NCBI GenBank assembly: GCA_038087875.1
Contig: CM075987.1
Coordinates: 19,408,001 to 19,472,000, forward strand
From: Malacoraja senta
Taxonomy: Eukaryota
Direction: 5' to 3'
Length of the DNA stretch: 64,000 nt
Made by a program: the position numbers and the translations under genes
Notes under the pieces: model-generated
What the model was told of the DNA's origin: nothing
The model's input: only the letters and a program-made list of their open reading frames with translations
The model's database searches: none
Shown here: positions 48,541 to 61,391 of the stretch, one piece after another
Layout of the letters: each line of letters begins with the position of its first letter
Numbering within the stretch: position 1 is the stretch's first letter

Positions 48541-49325
48541 GGAAGTGGCGGCGCTGTTAATCGGCTGCGGCTCGCCTGCAGTCCGTCTGTTTTTACTTTT
48601 TTCTGTTGTTTTTTTGTCTTGTTTTGGTTAAGTTTTAGTTTGTTGGGTTGTGTTAGGGGGGGAGAAACATGTCCTCTGTCTCTTCCTTCGGGGAAATGCG
48701 ACTTTTTCGTGTCGTATCCCCCTTCCCTGCCTCCGTCTGCGGTGAGGCCTAATGGCGGAGCTGGCGGCCTGCATCCTGCGACCGACCCCGAGGCTACGGA
48801 GGCAGAGCCAGCCAGGACTGGCCGTCTTCGGGGCTGAGGCAGCGGTGGCCCGACTTGCTGGTGCGGCGTTCTGGCTTTCGGCGGCGGCCTGGAGCTGATG
48901 CAGCGGGGTCCGGAGCGGAGACTGCAGGACCCGGAGCTGGGGCGGCGGCCTGGAGCGGAGACTGCGGGACCCGGAGCTGGGGCGGCGGCCCGGAGCTGAT
49001 GCTGTGGCGGGCCGTCTCGGAGCGGAGACGGTGTTCCAGCTTTCGGCGGCGGCGACATCACCACGGAGGTCCGCTGGACTGGAGGGCGGCATCTTCGGCC
49101 TGGATCGATCGCCTCAGCGCAGAGGGAGAACAAGGTGGGAAGAGACGGAGACTAAGACTTTGCCTCCATCACAGTGAGGATGTGCTTGGTGAACTCACTG
49201 TGGTGGATGTTTAATTTGTGTTTATTGTATGTTTTGTTATTATTGGTTCTGTGTATGACTGCAGGCATCACAATTTCGTTCAGACCGAAAGGTCTGAATG
49301 ACAATAAAGGAAATCTAATCTAATT
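48541..49325 (+). mobile_element. CpG-rich non-coding retroposon with a Rex/Babar-like 3' tail and internal ~39-bp tandem repeats
   Basis: 5' ggaagtggcggcgc..ctcgcctgcagtccgtctgt; repeats ggagcggagactgc(a/g)ggacccggagctggggcggcggcc at ~48910-48995; 3' hairpin, then tgacaataaa and a (ctaat)n tail. Confidence 0.65.
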
Positions 49326-50078
49326 AATAAGGATTCCTTTTGTGAACTCTAGAAATTGATTATCCTCATCGAATCCAATAAATATAAAACTCATTTGAAA
49401 TACAGCCTAATTTGGTCACTTTCATCCATCACCCAAATCCACAGATCTACTCAGACCAGCAATACCAAAGTTCTAAAATCTCCTCAGTCTCCTCTCTCCG
49501 TAGTCTCGTATCTCCTCAACTTTGCAACATCCTCCAGCCCTACAACCTATTAGCGCTCTCTGCACGTCTCCAATTTTGGTCTAATGATTTAAAAAATTGA
49601 TCCACGATTTTTAGTTAAGTCTTAAACTCTAAAATTCCACCCAAAAGCTCTTTCCTTTTACTTTTAAAAAGCTCATCAAAACCTAGCTCCTTGGCCAAAC
49701 TTTTGGTTATTTATCCTAATATCTCTCTGTGTGGATGAATGTCCGATGCTCCTGTATCATGTTCATATGAAGTGCATTGAGATATTTTGCTAAATTGAAG
49801 TTTACAATGCAGTTAATTGATGTTAACTTTACTACCCTAACAAGAGTTATCAGAAGTTTATAAAATCTTTGCACAAATCAGGGGAACATAGGAGCAGGGG
49901 ATACAGACCAATTAGCCCACTCAAAACAGTCTCAAATTCAATTTTTTTTTTTTTTTTTTTTTTTAAAAGGTCAATTTGCCTCTTAACAATATCATTGGTT
50001 CCATAAGAAAGTCTGAGACATTTATCTCCTCCTGCACAAATGTACCTTTAAACCAGTTATTTTAAGCCAGTTCTGTCA

Positions 50079-50236
50079 TCACACAGCACGGGTTTCGGCT
50101 TCTATTTTCCGCTCTCCCTGGGGACTGTCCAAATCAACTTGAATGACATTCTGCCGCATGGCAATTTCCGGTCCACCACTGTAGAGAGTAAACAGGTAGT
50201 TCCAGGTTTCCTCGGAAATCTGACCATAATCAGCAC
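50079..50236 (-). CDS. USP20: USP20 last coding exon (end of DUSP2 and C-terminus)
   Basis: [52 protein letters not shown]. The KIEAETRAV end matches vertebrate USP20 as I recall it; AG acceptor at 50237-50238. Confidence 0.95.
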
Positions 50237-50828
50237 CTAATTTAAAATTTTAAAATTAGAAATTAAAATTATGATCCACAATGAGAGAGGATTCAGCAAA
50301 GCAAACTCAATCTATAGTGCAAGATTTACATCTTCAACCAGCACAACACAAAGTGCTGGGATGTACTCAGAAGGTCAGGCAGTATCTGTGGAGGGAATGG
50401 ATATGTAACCCTTCAGATGTTTCAGGTTTCGATCCAAAATGTCATCTATCCATTCCCTCCACAGGTGCTGCCTGACAAACCGAGTTTCTCCAGGACTGTG
50501 CATTTTGCTCAAGATTCCAGCATCTGCAGTTCCGTTCGTCTCCATCTTACACATGCCACTACTTTTGATGCCAATATTCCATTCTTTTTATCATACTTTT
50601 TTATGTAGACAATGAAGTGCCGGTACACAAGTAATAAACACGTGTCACATGACTGTAAAATGAAACAATGATGTTTACATTTTTAAGAAGTGCCAGTAGA
50701 GCCGCATGCTATCACAAAAAAAATCAATGCTTTTAAATAGGGTACATATTTGAAGAAAATAATATTATTTTGAAACATTTTATATTTAAATCACAATTGT
50801 ATAGCAAGCAAAGCATTTGGATCCATAC

Positions 50829-50897
50829 CTTGTTTAAGTTGGACATGACCACTTTTAATTACCGCAATTTTGCTGTTGTCTATTGGACCCGGAGGTT
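50829..50897 (-). CDS. USP20: USP20 coding exon (69 nt)
   Basis: [27 protein letters not shown] boundaries; phase 1-1. Confidence 0.95.
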
Positions 50898-51709
50898 CTG
50901 GGGGAGAAAAAAAAGATAAATGCATTGAGAGAAGGTCATCTCAGCTATTTTCAACCATAAATACTTAGTTTCCAGAATTTCCACCTGCTTTCAATGCAAA
51001 AGGAGTCTGAAATAGTCTGCAGTCAGAAAAGGTCAATCTACTCCTATCCGAATGTACGTGTGAATATTCTATTGCGAACTCTCCCGCCTATTATCCAATA
51101 CTTAAAGGAATGCTATACTTTCCTTGGTAGACAAAAGTGCTGGAGAAACTCAGCGGGTGTGGCAGCATCTATGGAGCGAAGGAAATAGGCAACTTCTTCA
51201 GACTGATGCAGGGTGGGGGGGGGGGGCGGGAGGGGGAGAAGAAAGGAAGAGGCGGGCTTTATCTACTATACTTTCCTTAACATCTCAGAGAAAAGAAAAT
51301 CCAAAGACTTCATAATATTTTTGTAACCATAAAGAAATGTGATGCAGCATTTTGGAGCTATTTAACTTCAAAAAAATCTCACACGGTTTTCCGAGTGCTA
51401 TACTGGCCTACAACTCCATTACCTGCATATAGTACAACTGCTAGGTTGGCAAATCTATGGTTCTTAGGAATTATAAGACAAACAAGTTTGTATTCTTAGC
51501 ATTGACTGTCAATATATACATTTCAAAGGTGAACCTGGCTTTAAAATCACATGTGATTAAGATAGGCAATTTTTAAAAATATGATATAATTTAAAAAAAA
51601 TGTAATTGTTCAGATAAAATACAGATTCTACATGTGAATTTTACTGGGATTCAAGGAAACTGCTAATCTATTTGGCTTACTGGAAACATTTCCATCTAAT
51701 GTTTCTTAC

Positions 51710-51812
51710 CATTATCTTTGCCTTTAACAAAACCTTCCCACTCGCGGAACCACTGCATACTAATGCAGTATATAACACCGGGAGATTCCTCAGCCTGGAA
51801 CGCTTTGTTTAG
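51710..51812 (-). CDS. USP20: USP20 coding exon (103 nt, DUSP2)
   Basis: [38 protein letters not shown]; phase 0-1. Confidence 0.96.
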
Positions 51813-52139
51813 CTAGATGGAAAGATAATGAGAAGAAATGTCACAAAAAGTTGTGTTTACTTCATCATCATTCTAAATAAAACAGTTAATCTATTCACGA
51901 TTACTTTCTGTCTTTGAGAACGTATTGTATGTAAACTGGCTGCAGTACGTGTGCTTCAAGTGACCATCATCAGTCGGAAAGTATGTAAGTCAACCAAGAG
52001 TCAAGAGTGTTTATTTGTCATATGTACAGATATGAACCAGAACAATTAAATTCTTTCTAACCGCAACTTTAGACCCATTAGATTAGATGCAATGACAGCA
52101 ACAAATATATAATAAATGATCAGTTATTCAAATTAGACC

Positions 52140-52470
52140 AGAAAACAATTTGGAATATTGTGTGCAGTTCTGATCACCCCATTACAGGAAGAATGCAAGG
52201 CTTTGGAAAAGGTGCAGAGGAGGTTTACCCGAATAAATTCTGGATTAAGAGGTATTAGCTACAGGGAGAGGTTGGACAGACATGGATTGTTTTCTCTGGA
52301 ATGCTATGTTACAGGGAGACCTGATAGAAGTATATAAAATTATGAGAGGCGTGGATAGGATAGACAGTCAGAATCATTTTTCCCAAGACGGAAAAATTAA
52401 ATATTAGAGGGCATAGTTTTAAAATGAGGATTAAAGTATAAAGGAGATGCGTTGAGCAAGTTTATTTTGT
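52140..52470 (+). mobile_element. Degraded CR1/HER1-like LINE fragment
   Basis: ttggaatattgtgtgcagttctg..gtgcagaggaggtttacc..gacctgatagaagtatataaaattatgagagg. Confidence 0.7.
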
Positions 52471-53714
52471 ATGAAATCAGGATATTCTGATATAAAATTA
52501 CATCTCCATGAAATGATGCAGGAATTTAGAACAGGAACAAGCTATTTGTTCCTCCGATCTGTTCAGTTATTCAAAGATCGAAACCCATTTTTAATCTGCC
52601 ATTTTCGTCTGACACCTCTTAATAACTTTACTTAACCAAAATTTAGCAGTCTCAAATTTAAAGTTAATCCACCAAAAATGCTCATTAAGAACAATGTTCT
52701 CAAGCTACCACTAATATGAAATTATACTCCTAAACTTTTCTAATAAACTGTACAAATCAGAAGCATTCTTTATTTAATTAATCACTGTCCCTGGATAAGG
52801 ACTAAATGCAACTCTCATTTTTTCCTTTTACTTTGCGTTAAATGGAAAGATTTATTTAGAGCCTGCATTTCATCTTTATCCGCATGTTTAAATTAAGCAT
52901 TTTTAAAGTTTTCCATTGGTATGAGGATCAGAGTTTCAAACATCTACCACCATTTCATGCATGTTAACTTCACTTCAGGAAAGTATGGCTCGATTTCTAG
53001 AATGTGTTCTGTTCTCCAATCAGTAGAAATAATTTCCATACCTCCACCTTATTAGATTTATTTCACATCTTAAACATTGTAATCTAAACATCCCATAACC
53101 TTAATCTTAATGTAAACACTGTATTCTTGGTGTGGTCTAACTGTGGCTTTCTATTTCTACAACATAATTTCTATCCTTTTATAGTAGGTGTCTACATACC
53201 AGGGCAGCATTCATTACCTTTTTTGATTATTTTACATTCCCATCCTGACAACTTAATGCTGAGTGTATGAACTCCAACCACCCCCACCCGGCCCAACCGC
53301 CTGCCCTGTCATTTCTCCAAATACTCTCTAGGCCTCTCCAACCGCTGAAAATTTGTTTGGTTGGACGAAGATTTAAAATCATAAATCTTTTAATTTTGCA
53401 ACAACTCGGCCAAAGTGACAGTTACAAGAAATTTCAAAACAGATGCTAATATCCACATGCAGAAATGCAGGGAATGGATGGACGTGGGTCGGGTGCAGGC
53501 AGAGGAGACTAGTTTAACTTGACATCATGTTCAGCATGGGAATTATGGGCTGAACGGCCTGGTCCTGTGCTGTTCTATGACCATGCCGCTGATAAGTTTT
53601 TTAATGCAGAAGAAGGGATTCTATTTGAAAAACAATTTCTCATAAATAGAGTTAGCTTTCCTTTCAATAAGTCATCCTGAAAGCAACACAACGCCAAGTT
53701 AGATCAGTCTCTTG

Positions 53715-53968
53715 TTTAATTTAGTTTAGAGATACAATGTGAAAACAGGCCCTTTTTCCCCACTGAGTCCGTACCGACCAGCGAGCCCACACACTAGGGA
53801 CAATTTACACTTATACCAAGCCAATTAACCAACAAACCTATACGTCTTTTAGTGCGGGAGGAAACCTAAGATCTCGGAGTTAACCCACTCCGGTCACGGG
53901 GAGAATGTACAAACTCCGTACAGACAGCATCCGTAGTCGGGATCCAACCCAGATCTCCGTGCCGCCCT
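53715..53968 (-). mobile_element. HE1-like SINE
   Basis: tttagtttagagatac..aaacaggccc..ccaattaacc..caaactccgtacagacagc..gtgccgccc. Confidence 0.75.
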
Positions 53969-54455
53969 TGTTGTTGGGTGGTATATGCTAAAAAAAACTT
54001 GCTTTGCTCTAACTCAATCTACATCTAACGTAGAGAACCACATTTCAAAACACAGCAGTATACAAATTCACAGAAGTACAAATGTTATATTTTAATCCAT
54101 AATATCTTTCATCACTAATTATTATCTCTAGGGTGGCATTGATATTTAACTGCCTACAGCTGGGACAGAGGGAAGTGTCCAAGGCTGTACTCCTGCACTA
54201 GCTAAAGACAGAAGTAGGGACAGAAGTCAGGAGCAGGATGTTACTTTGATATGATGCATTGGTGAGACAGAGGAACGTTTATCAATTGTACCATGATAGA
54301 GTACCAGCAATAGTCAAGAAATTTACTGATCATGGGTGTAAACAAATACAATGTTCTCAAACATTTATACGGCAATTGTACAATTAATAAACAGTTGTAA
54401 ATTCAGTTAAAAATCTAGCTCCCCCCTTTTAGTATGATGCTCAGTGATCTCTGAC

Positions 54456-54564
54456 CTTTATAAAAGTGTCTACTTCCATTTTCCTCCTTTTAGCAATTGC
54501 CTCAATTTCTACTTGGCAAATGGAACAGATGTATAAATGGTTCACAGAAGGGCCACCTCCAAAC
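54456..54564 (-). CDS. USP20: USP20 coding exon (109 nt)
   Basis: [40 protein letters not shown]; phase 2-0. Confidence 0.96.
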
Positions 54565-55709
54565 CTGCCACAATCAAGACAAGAATATTGAGACATGTAG
54601 CAATTTTGTTATTTGATCAGGAAGAATGCCAAATGTAACATTTGGCATGGCCACTTTTATCATGTTAAACCCAATTCTTCAAACTGTCTCCTTATTCCTC
54701 GAAATCATTCCTTGCCAAATAAATGTTGCTTTTAAATATCTTGACTAAATAACATTTGTGATCTTCTGGACATACCAGCATAATCATCATGCATCAATTA
54801 ACATATTTTTGAAGGATTATTTTTCAAATAGCATAATTCTAGTTCAATTCTCATTCATAATTCTAATTAAAAGAAATTGTACCTATCCTGCCAATTTCTT
54901 TAAATTGCTTTAAAGAACTCAATCATTTCGAGATCTCAATCATGGGACCAAAGATAATAGTTACAATTTATCCAAATTCAGTAAGAATAGATTTCCTATA
55001 ATCTTTGCATGGGACATCTGAGATATTTTCTTTCTTCAGTAAACATGGATTCTCACGATCACTTCTCTTTTCCAGCTGTCTCCCCCTAACTATAATCAAT
55101 CTGAAGAAGGGTCCCGAATCAAAAAGTTGCCTGTCCATTTCCTCCACAGGTGCTGCCTGACCCACTTAGTTCCTCCAGCACTTTATGTTTCGCTCAAGAT
55201 TCCAGCATCTGCAGTTTTTTGTATCTCAATCACATCAACTTTTCCTCATCTCTATTGAACGCAACTGAGATTTACTCAGTCTCTCATCATAGTCAATAAT
55301 CAGATTTATTCGTCACATACACAATAAAGTGCAGTGAAATGAACTTGCCAGCAGCGGTACATATCCTCGAAATCATGAACATAGATTTATCCATTGCAAG
55401 ATAGGAATGCCGAATGCACACAACACTTTGAGTGAGTCTATAATGGCTGACAGCCATACAAACAAAACTATTAATCATACCATTTTGTATGAGGGGTTAG
55501 ATGCTTTCTGTTCAGCCTCTCCAAATTAGCACAGCTAAAACTAAAAGCAAAAGTTAGTACCTTTTGATAACGAAAGGTATTTATTCAGACTGAATCTGAC
55601 CTAGTGATAAGGTTGGCTAAATTGTTTTAAAAATACAAAATAGAAGTCAAGACTCCAAATTTAAAAACAAATTGCAAGTATCAACTCTGAAGTGTTTCTT
55701 CACACCTAC

Positions 55710-55791
55710 CTGTTATGAAGATATTCCCATACATTTTGGGGCAGAATCACTACCAGATCATCAATGTAATGATATTTATTTGGAGGAATAC
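55710..55791 (-). CDS. USP20: USP20 coding exon (82 nt, DUSP1)
   Basis: [31 protein letters not shown]; phase 1-2. Confidence 0.96.
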
Positions 55792-56021
55792 CTGTAAGCA
55801 AAAAATAGTGTCACCCACAATCATTTAGAAAATAGGAAACTAAATCACTCTTTGGGGAACAAAACTGAAATTGAAAAAGTTCAGCACCTTTGAGTATTTT
55901 GCACTTCCTGAACAACACATCTAAAGGCAAATCAGCATATCCTCCATGACTATCCATCTCTCAAAAACATCAGAGATTCACTTATAAAAATGTGTTTTTA
56001 GAACAAAGACCCAGATTGTTA

Positions 56022-57613
56022 CAGTGGCTTGCAAAAGTTTTCATACCCCTTGAACTTTTCCACATTTTGTCACGTTACAACCACAAACGTAAATGTATTT
56101 TATTGGGATTTTATGTGATAGACCAACACAAAGTGGTGCATAATTGTGAAATGGAAGGAAAATTATACATGGTTTTCAAATTTTTTTACAAATAAAAAAC
56201 TGAAAAGTGTCGCGTGCAAAAGTATTCAGCCCCCCTGAGTCAATACTTTGTAGAACCACCTTTCGCTGCAATTACAGCTGCAAGTCTTTTGGGGTATGTC
56301 TCTACCAGCTTTGCACATCTAGAGACTGAAATTTTTGCCCATTCTTCTTTGCAAAATAGCTCAAGCTCAGTCAGATTGGATGGAGAGCATCTGTGAACAG
56401 CAATTTTCAAGACTTGCCAGAGATTCTCAATTGGATTTAGGTCTGGACTTTGACTGGGCCATTCTAACACATGAATATGCTTTGATCTAAACCATTCCAT
56501 TGTAGCTCTGGCTGTATGTTTAGGGCCGTTGTCCTGCTGGAAGGTGAACCTCCGCCCCAGTCTCGAGTCTTTTTCAGACTCTAACAGGTTTCCTTCCAAG
56601 ATTGCCCTGTATTTGGCTCCATCCATCTTCCCATCAACTCTGACCAGCTTCCCTGTCCCTGCTGAAGAAAAGCATCCCCACAGCATGATGCTGCCACCAC
56701 CATGTTTCACAGTGGGGATGGTGTGTTCAGGGTGATGTGCAGTGTTAGGTTTCCGCCACACATAGCGTTTTGCATTTAGGCCAAAAACTTCAATTTTGGT
56801 CTCATCTGACCAGAGCACCTTCCTCCACATGTTTGCTGTGTCCCCCACATGGCTTGTGGCAAACTGCAAACAGGACTTCTTATGGCTTTTTTTCAACAAT
56901 GGCTTTCTTCTTGCCACTCTTCCATAAAGGCCCGATTTGTGGAGTGCACGACTAATAGTTGTCCTGTGGACAGATTCTCCCACCTGAGCTGTGGATCTCT
57001 GCAGCTCCTCCAAAGTTACCATGAGCCTCTTGGCTGATTCTCTGATCAATGCTCTCCTTGCCCGGCCTGTCAGTTTAGGTGGCCGGCCATGTCTTAGTCG
57101 GTTTGCAGTTGTGCCATACTCTTTCCATTTTCGGATGATGGATTGAACAGTGCTCCGTGAGATGTTCAAAGCTTGGGATATTTGTTTATAACCTAACCCT
57201 GCTTTAAACTTCTCCACAACTTTATCCCTGACCTGTCTGGTGTGTTCCTTGGGCTTCATGATGCTGTTTGTTCACTAATGTTCTCTAACAAACCTCCGAG
57301 GCCTTCACAGAACAGCTGTATTTATACTGAGATTAGATTACACACGTGGACTCTATTTACTAATTAGGTGACTTCTGAAGGCAATTGGTTGCACTGGATT
57401 TTATTTAGGGGTATCAGAGTAAAGGGGGCTGAATACTTTTGCACGTGACACTTTTCAGTTTTTTATTTGTAAAAAATTTGAAAACCATGTATCATTTTCC
57501 TTCCACTTCACAATTATGCGCCACTTTGTGTTGGTCTATCACATAAAATCACAATAAAATAATTTACGTTTGTGGAAAAGTTCAAGGGGTATGAATACTT
57601 TTGCAAGCCATTG
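56022..57613 (-). mobile_element. Full-length IR/DR-type Tc1 transposon (Passport-like)
   Basis: TA flanks (56020-56021, 57614-57615). TIRs of ~210 and ~190 bp starting CA(G/A)TGGCTTGCAAAAGT, each with outer and inner tgcaaaagtattca-type direct repeats. Confidence 0.95.
56240..57259 (-). CDS. Tc1 DD34E transposase, 339 aa, open frame
   Basis: Paired-like HTH with GRPPK, WSDETK, TVKHGGGSIMLWG, FQQDN, WPSQSPDLNPIE; 34 residues counted between the second D and the E. Confidence 0.96.
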   Translation of the reverse strand: MKPKEHTRQVRDKVVEKFKAGLGYKQISQALNISRSTVQSIIRKWKEYGTTANRLRHGRPPKLTGRARRALIRESAKRLMVTLEELQRSTAQVGESVHRTTISRALHKSGLYGRVARRKPLLKKSHKKSCLQFATSHVGDTANMWRKVLWSDETKIEVFGLNAKRYVWRKPNTAHHPEHTIPTVKHGGGSIMLWGCFSSAGTGKLVRVDGKMDGAKYRAILEGNLLESEKDSRLGRRFTFQQDNGPKHTARATMEWFRSKHIHVLEWPSQSPDLNPIENLWQVLKIAVHRCSPSNLTELELFCKEEWAKISVSRCAKLVETYPKRLAAVIAAKGGSTKY

Positions 57614-58088
57614 TACTTCGGTGCAAACCAGCATCTGTAGTTCCTTCCTACAGAGCGGGCCATAGGGTCAGTTTCCATGCTGTATATCTCTATAACAGAG
57701 TGGGCTGCTCAGTCATTTCAGATAGCAGTTACAAGTCGACTACTTTGCTATGTGTATGTAGTTACATTTTATCCAAATTCAGTAAGAATAGATTTCCTTC
57801 CCCAAAGGACATGAGTGAACCAGGTCAGATTTTATAACAGTCCAAGTAGCCTCAACAATTATGATAGTGATATTACTTTAAATCCCAGATTTATTTTAAC
57901 TATTTGAATTTAAATTTCCTTCCTGCTATGGAGGGATTTGAACGCCCTTCTAGAATCAGGTCACTTGATACCACTACTATCCTATTAACCAAGTCTTGAA
58001 ATCCCTTCGGAACACTCTCAAAATCAGGATTGAAGCAATAAAAATGAAGAAAGTGAAAGCAAGAGAAAGAGCTAGAGTAATACTTGAA

Positions 58089-58460
58089 ACATATAAGATT
58101 GTTAAGGGCTTGGACACGCTAGAGGCAGTAAACATGTTCCAGATGTTGGTGGAGTCCAGAACCAGGGGCCACAGTTTAAAAATAAGGAGTAAGCCATTTA
58201 GAACGGAGACGAGGAAACACTTTTTCTCACAGAGTGGTGAGTCTGTGGAATTCTCTGCCTCAGAGGGTGGTGGAGGCAGGTTCTCTGGATGCTTTCAAGA
58301 GAGAGCTAGATAGGGCTCTTAAAAATAGCGGAGTCAGGGGATATGGGGAGAAGGCAGGAACGGGGTACTGATTGCGGATGATCAGCCATGATCACATTGA
58401 ATGTCGGTGCTAGCTCGAAGGGCCGAATGGCCTACTCCTGCACCTATTGTCTATTGTCTA
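58089..58460 (+). mobile_element. CR1/HER1-like LINE 3' end
   Basis: YKIVKGLDTLEA..SRTRGHSLKIRSKPFRTETRKHFFSQ and (ctattgt)n tail. Confidence 0.88.
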
Positions 58461-58543
58461 ATACTCTGTGGGGATAGAAGTGAACAAAAAGCAGCAAATT
58501 ATTTGGGAATTTAAGTTGCTAGATCTGCCATTCTTCCAGGTTA

Positions 58544-58771
<228 letters not shown>

Positions 58772-59199
58772 TTAAATCTGAAATATTGATTGTTCCCCAC
58801 AAAATTGCAATTCCCTGTTGGCAAATTGTTGCAGAAGATCAGTTTCAAAACGAACTCACAGCCAAGTGGCTTACTTTAAAAAGGTTTGCCTGCAAATGTA
58901 AACCAAATTAAACTGTTACACAAAACACAAAAGTGTTATTTAGCTTCATAAAATGTTAACAAGATGAAATCCTTTTATTGCCTTCCCTCACAGTAGAAAA
59001 CGTTGATTCCGCTCATGTTAAATTCTATAATGTGCTGTGTTTTTCTTTTTATTTGTATGGCTGTATGCCAACACAAATTCTTCTATATACAGCACTTTGG
59101 TTCAACGCGAGTTGATTTTAAACGTGCAATATAAATAAAAATTGATTGATTGATTGATTGAAATCCGAGTTAGCATTTGTGCCTTTACAACACATAAAG

Positions 59200-59620
59200 A
59201 GGCTGGATGGGTTGGGTCATTTTTCCCTGGAGCGTAGAATGCTGAGGGGTGAGCTTAAAAAAATGTTAATAAAATCATGAGGAGTGAGATATAGTGAATG
59301 GTCACAATCTTGTTCCCAGGGTAGGAGAGTCTAAAACAAGAGGGCATAGATTTTAGGTAAGAGGGAACAGATTTAAAAGGGACCCGAGGGGCAACTTTTT
59401 TTTTTACACATACTTATGTGGTGCTCATGTGAAATGAGCTGCCAGAGGAAGTGGTAGAGGTGTGTACAATTACAATGTTCAAATGGTATTTGGACAGTAC
59501 ATGGATTGAAAAGGTCTAGTGGGGTTTAGGCCAACCACAGGCAAATGGGGCTAACTCAGATCGACATCCTGGTTGTTGTGGGAGAGTTGGGCTGAAGGGC
59601 CCATTTCCCTGCTGTATAAC
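59200..59620 (+). mobile_element. Degraded CR1/HER1-like LINE 3' fragment
   Basis: agggcatagattttaggt..gatttaaaagggacccgaggggcaac..gagctgccagagg..gggctgaagggcc. Confidence 0.7.
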
Positions 59621-59721
59621 TCTATCGGTCTTCCAACATTTAAATCCTCCGTTAGGTAGATTAAGTATACACTAAATCACTAATTTGTAAATGCACATTT
59701 CAACAATTTAAGTGTTCCTTA

Positions 59722-59919
<198 letters not shown>

Positions 59920-61205
59920 TTACAAGATTACATGATTTTCCTTCCTCAAAACTTTAAAACAGGAGTGCCCAAGCAGTGAGCCCAACAACTTGGCCCTTGA
60001 AGTTGGCCAGTTTAGTTCAATTTGGGTATTGTCTACTCCTGACAATTCAAACTAATTTCTGAAGCTGCTGAATAATTCAATTATTCTAATTAATCAAAGT
60101 GGGGATTTAATACTTTAAAAAAAAAAAAGCTAATTTGAATTTGGAAATTTTGAATTAAGAGGAGTAGACTGTATATTTCTTACTCACTGTTTATTTTCTT
60201 GAATTTTGTGGCCCTGGAAGTTTGGAAAGAGGTCTTCTTAAGATGGGCACTTCAAATGATGGATAGATCTTAAATTAGAACACCAAAAACCATTAGTTTT
60301 GGGAAATTAATGGAAATGTAAAATTTAAACAGTGTATGTAATTTCAATAGCTCAAGGGCCAAATGTAGAAGCTTGCACACTCCAGCTGTAAAGCATCTAT
60401 TATTTCTGATCAACAAATACATATTTTTAGCCTAAGTATATATTACAAACTTAGCAAAAGCCCCAATGACAAACTTCCAACTTTACAGAATTAGACAATT
60501 TTCACTCGGACGATGTTTGGTTTATGGAACAAGCTGCCAGGAGGTAGATACCATAACAGCATTTAAAAGACACTTGGCAGGAAAAGCTTAGAAAGAAGGG
60601 TCTCGACCCGAAACATCACCCATTCCTTCTCTCCAGAGATGCTGCCTGTCCCGCTGAGTTACTCCAGCTTTTTGTGTCTATCTCAAGGCTTAGAGAGAGA
60701 TATGGGCCAAAGCGTAAACAAGCTTAGAAGGAGCAGCTTGGTCAGCATGGACGAGTTTGGTTGAGGGGCCTGTTGCCGTGCTTTATGACACTATTTTTAA
60801 ATGGCACCTATAATGTGCAAAAGCTGAAAAAATGTTCTAAAATTCTCCAAAACAGTCGTAATTACCCAGTTGAACTAATTTTGCTCAAACTATTGGATAA
60901 ATTACATCTATTTCACATATTGTGACTTCAATTTGAATGCAGTTTTCCATGTTCTTCATTCTAGTTCATGTTCTCCAGAGCTGTGTAAATTGAGTGTCAC
61001 TGGAATGCACTTGATGTTATTACCTATTTAACTTGAATCAGCTGATGTAACAATTTATTTAAGGCCAGTAACTTAAATCATGGATAGATCGTTCAGAATG
61101 CAATTTGAACAAGCGGCATGATTCAACAATTTATCAATTTTTAGTCAAACAAATCTCTTTTATAAGCCACTTGTGATCTTGATTCAAAGAATGATATTGT
61201 GTTTA

Positions 61206-61391
<186 letters not shown>

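Noticed and set aside
48396..49214. Several long overlapping ORFs (up to 245 aa)
   Set aside because: Low-complexity products of a GC-rich, stop-poor repeat; no domain motifs.
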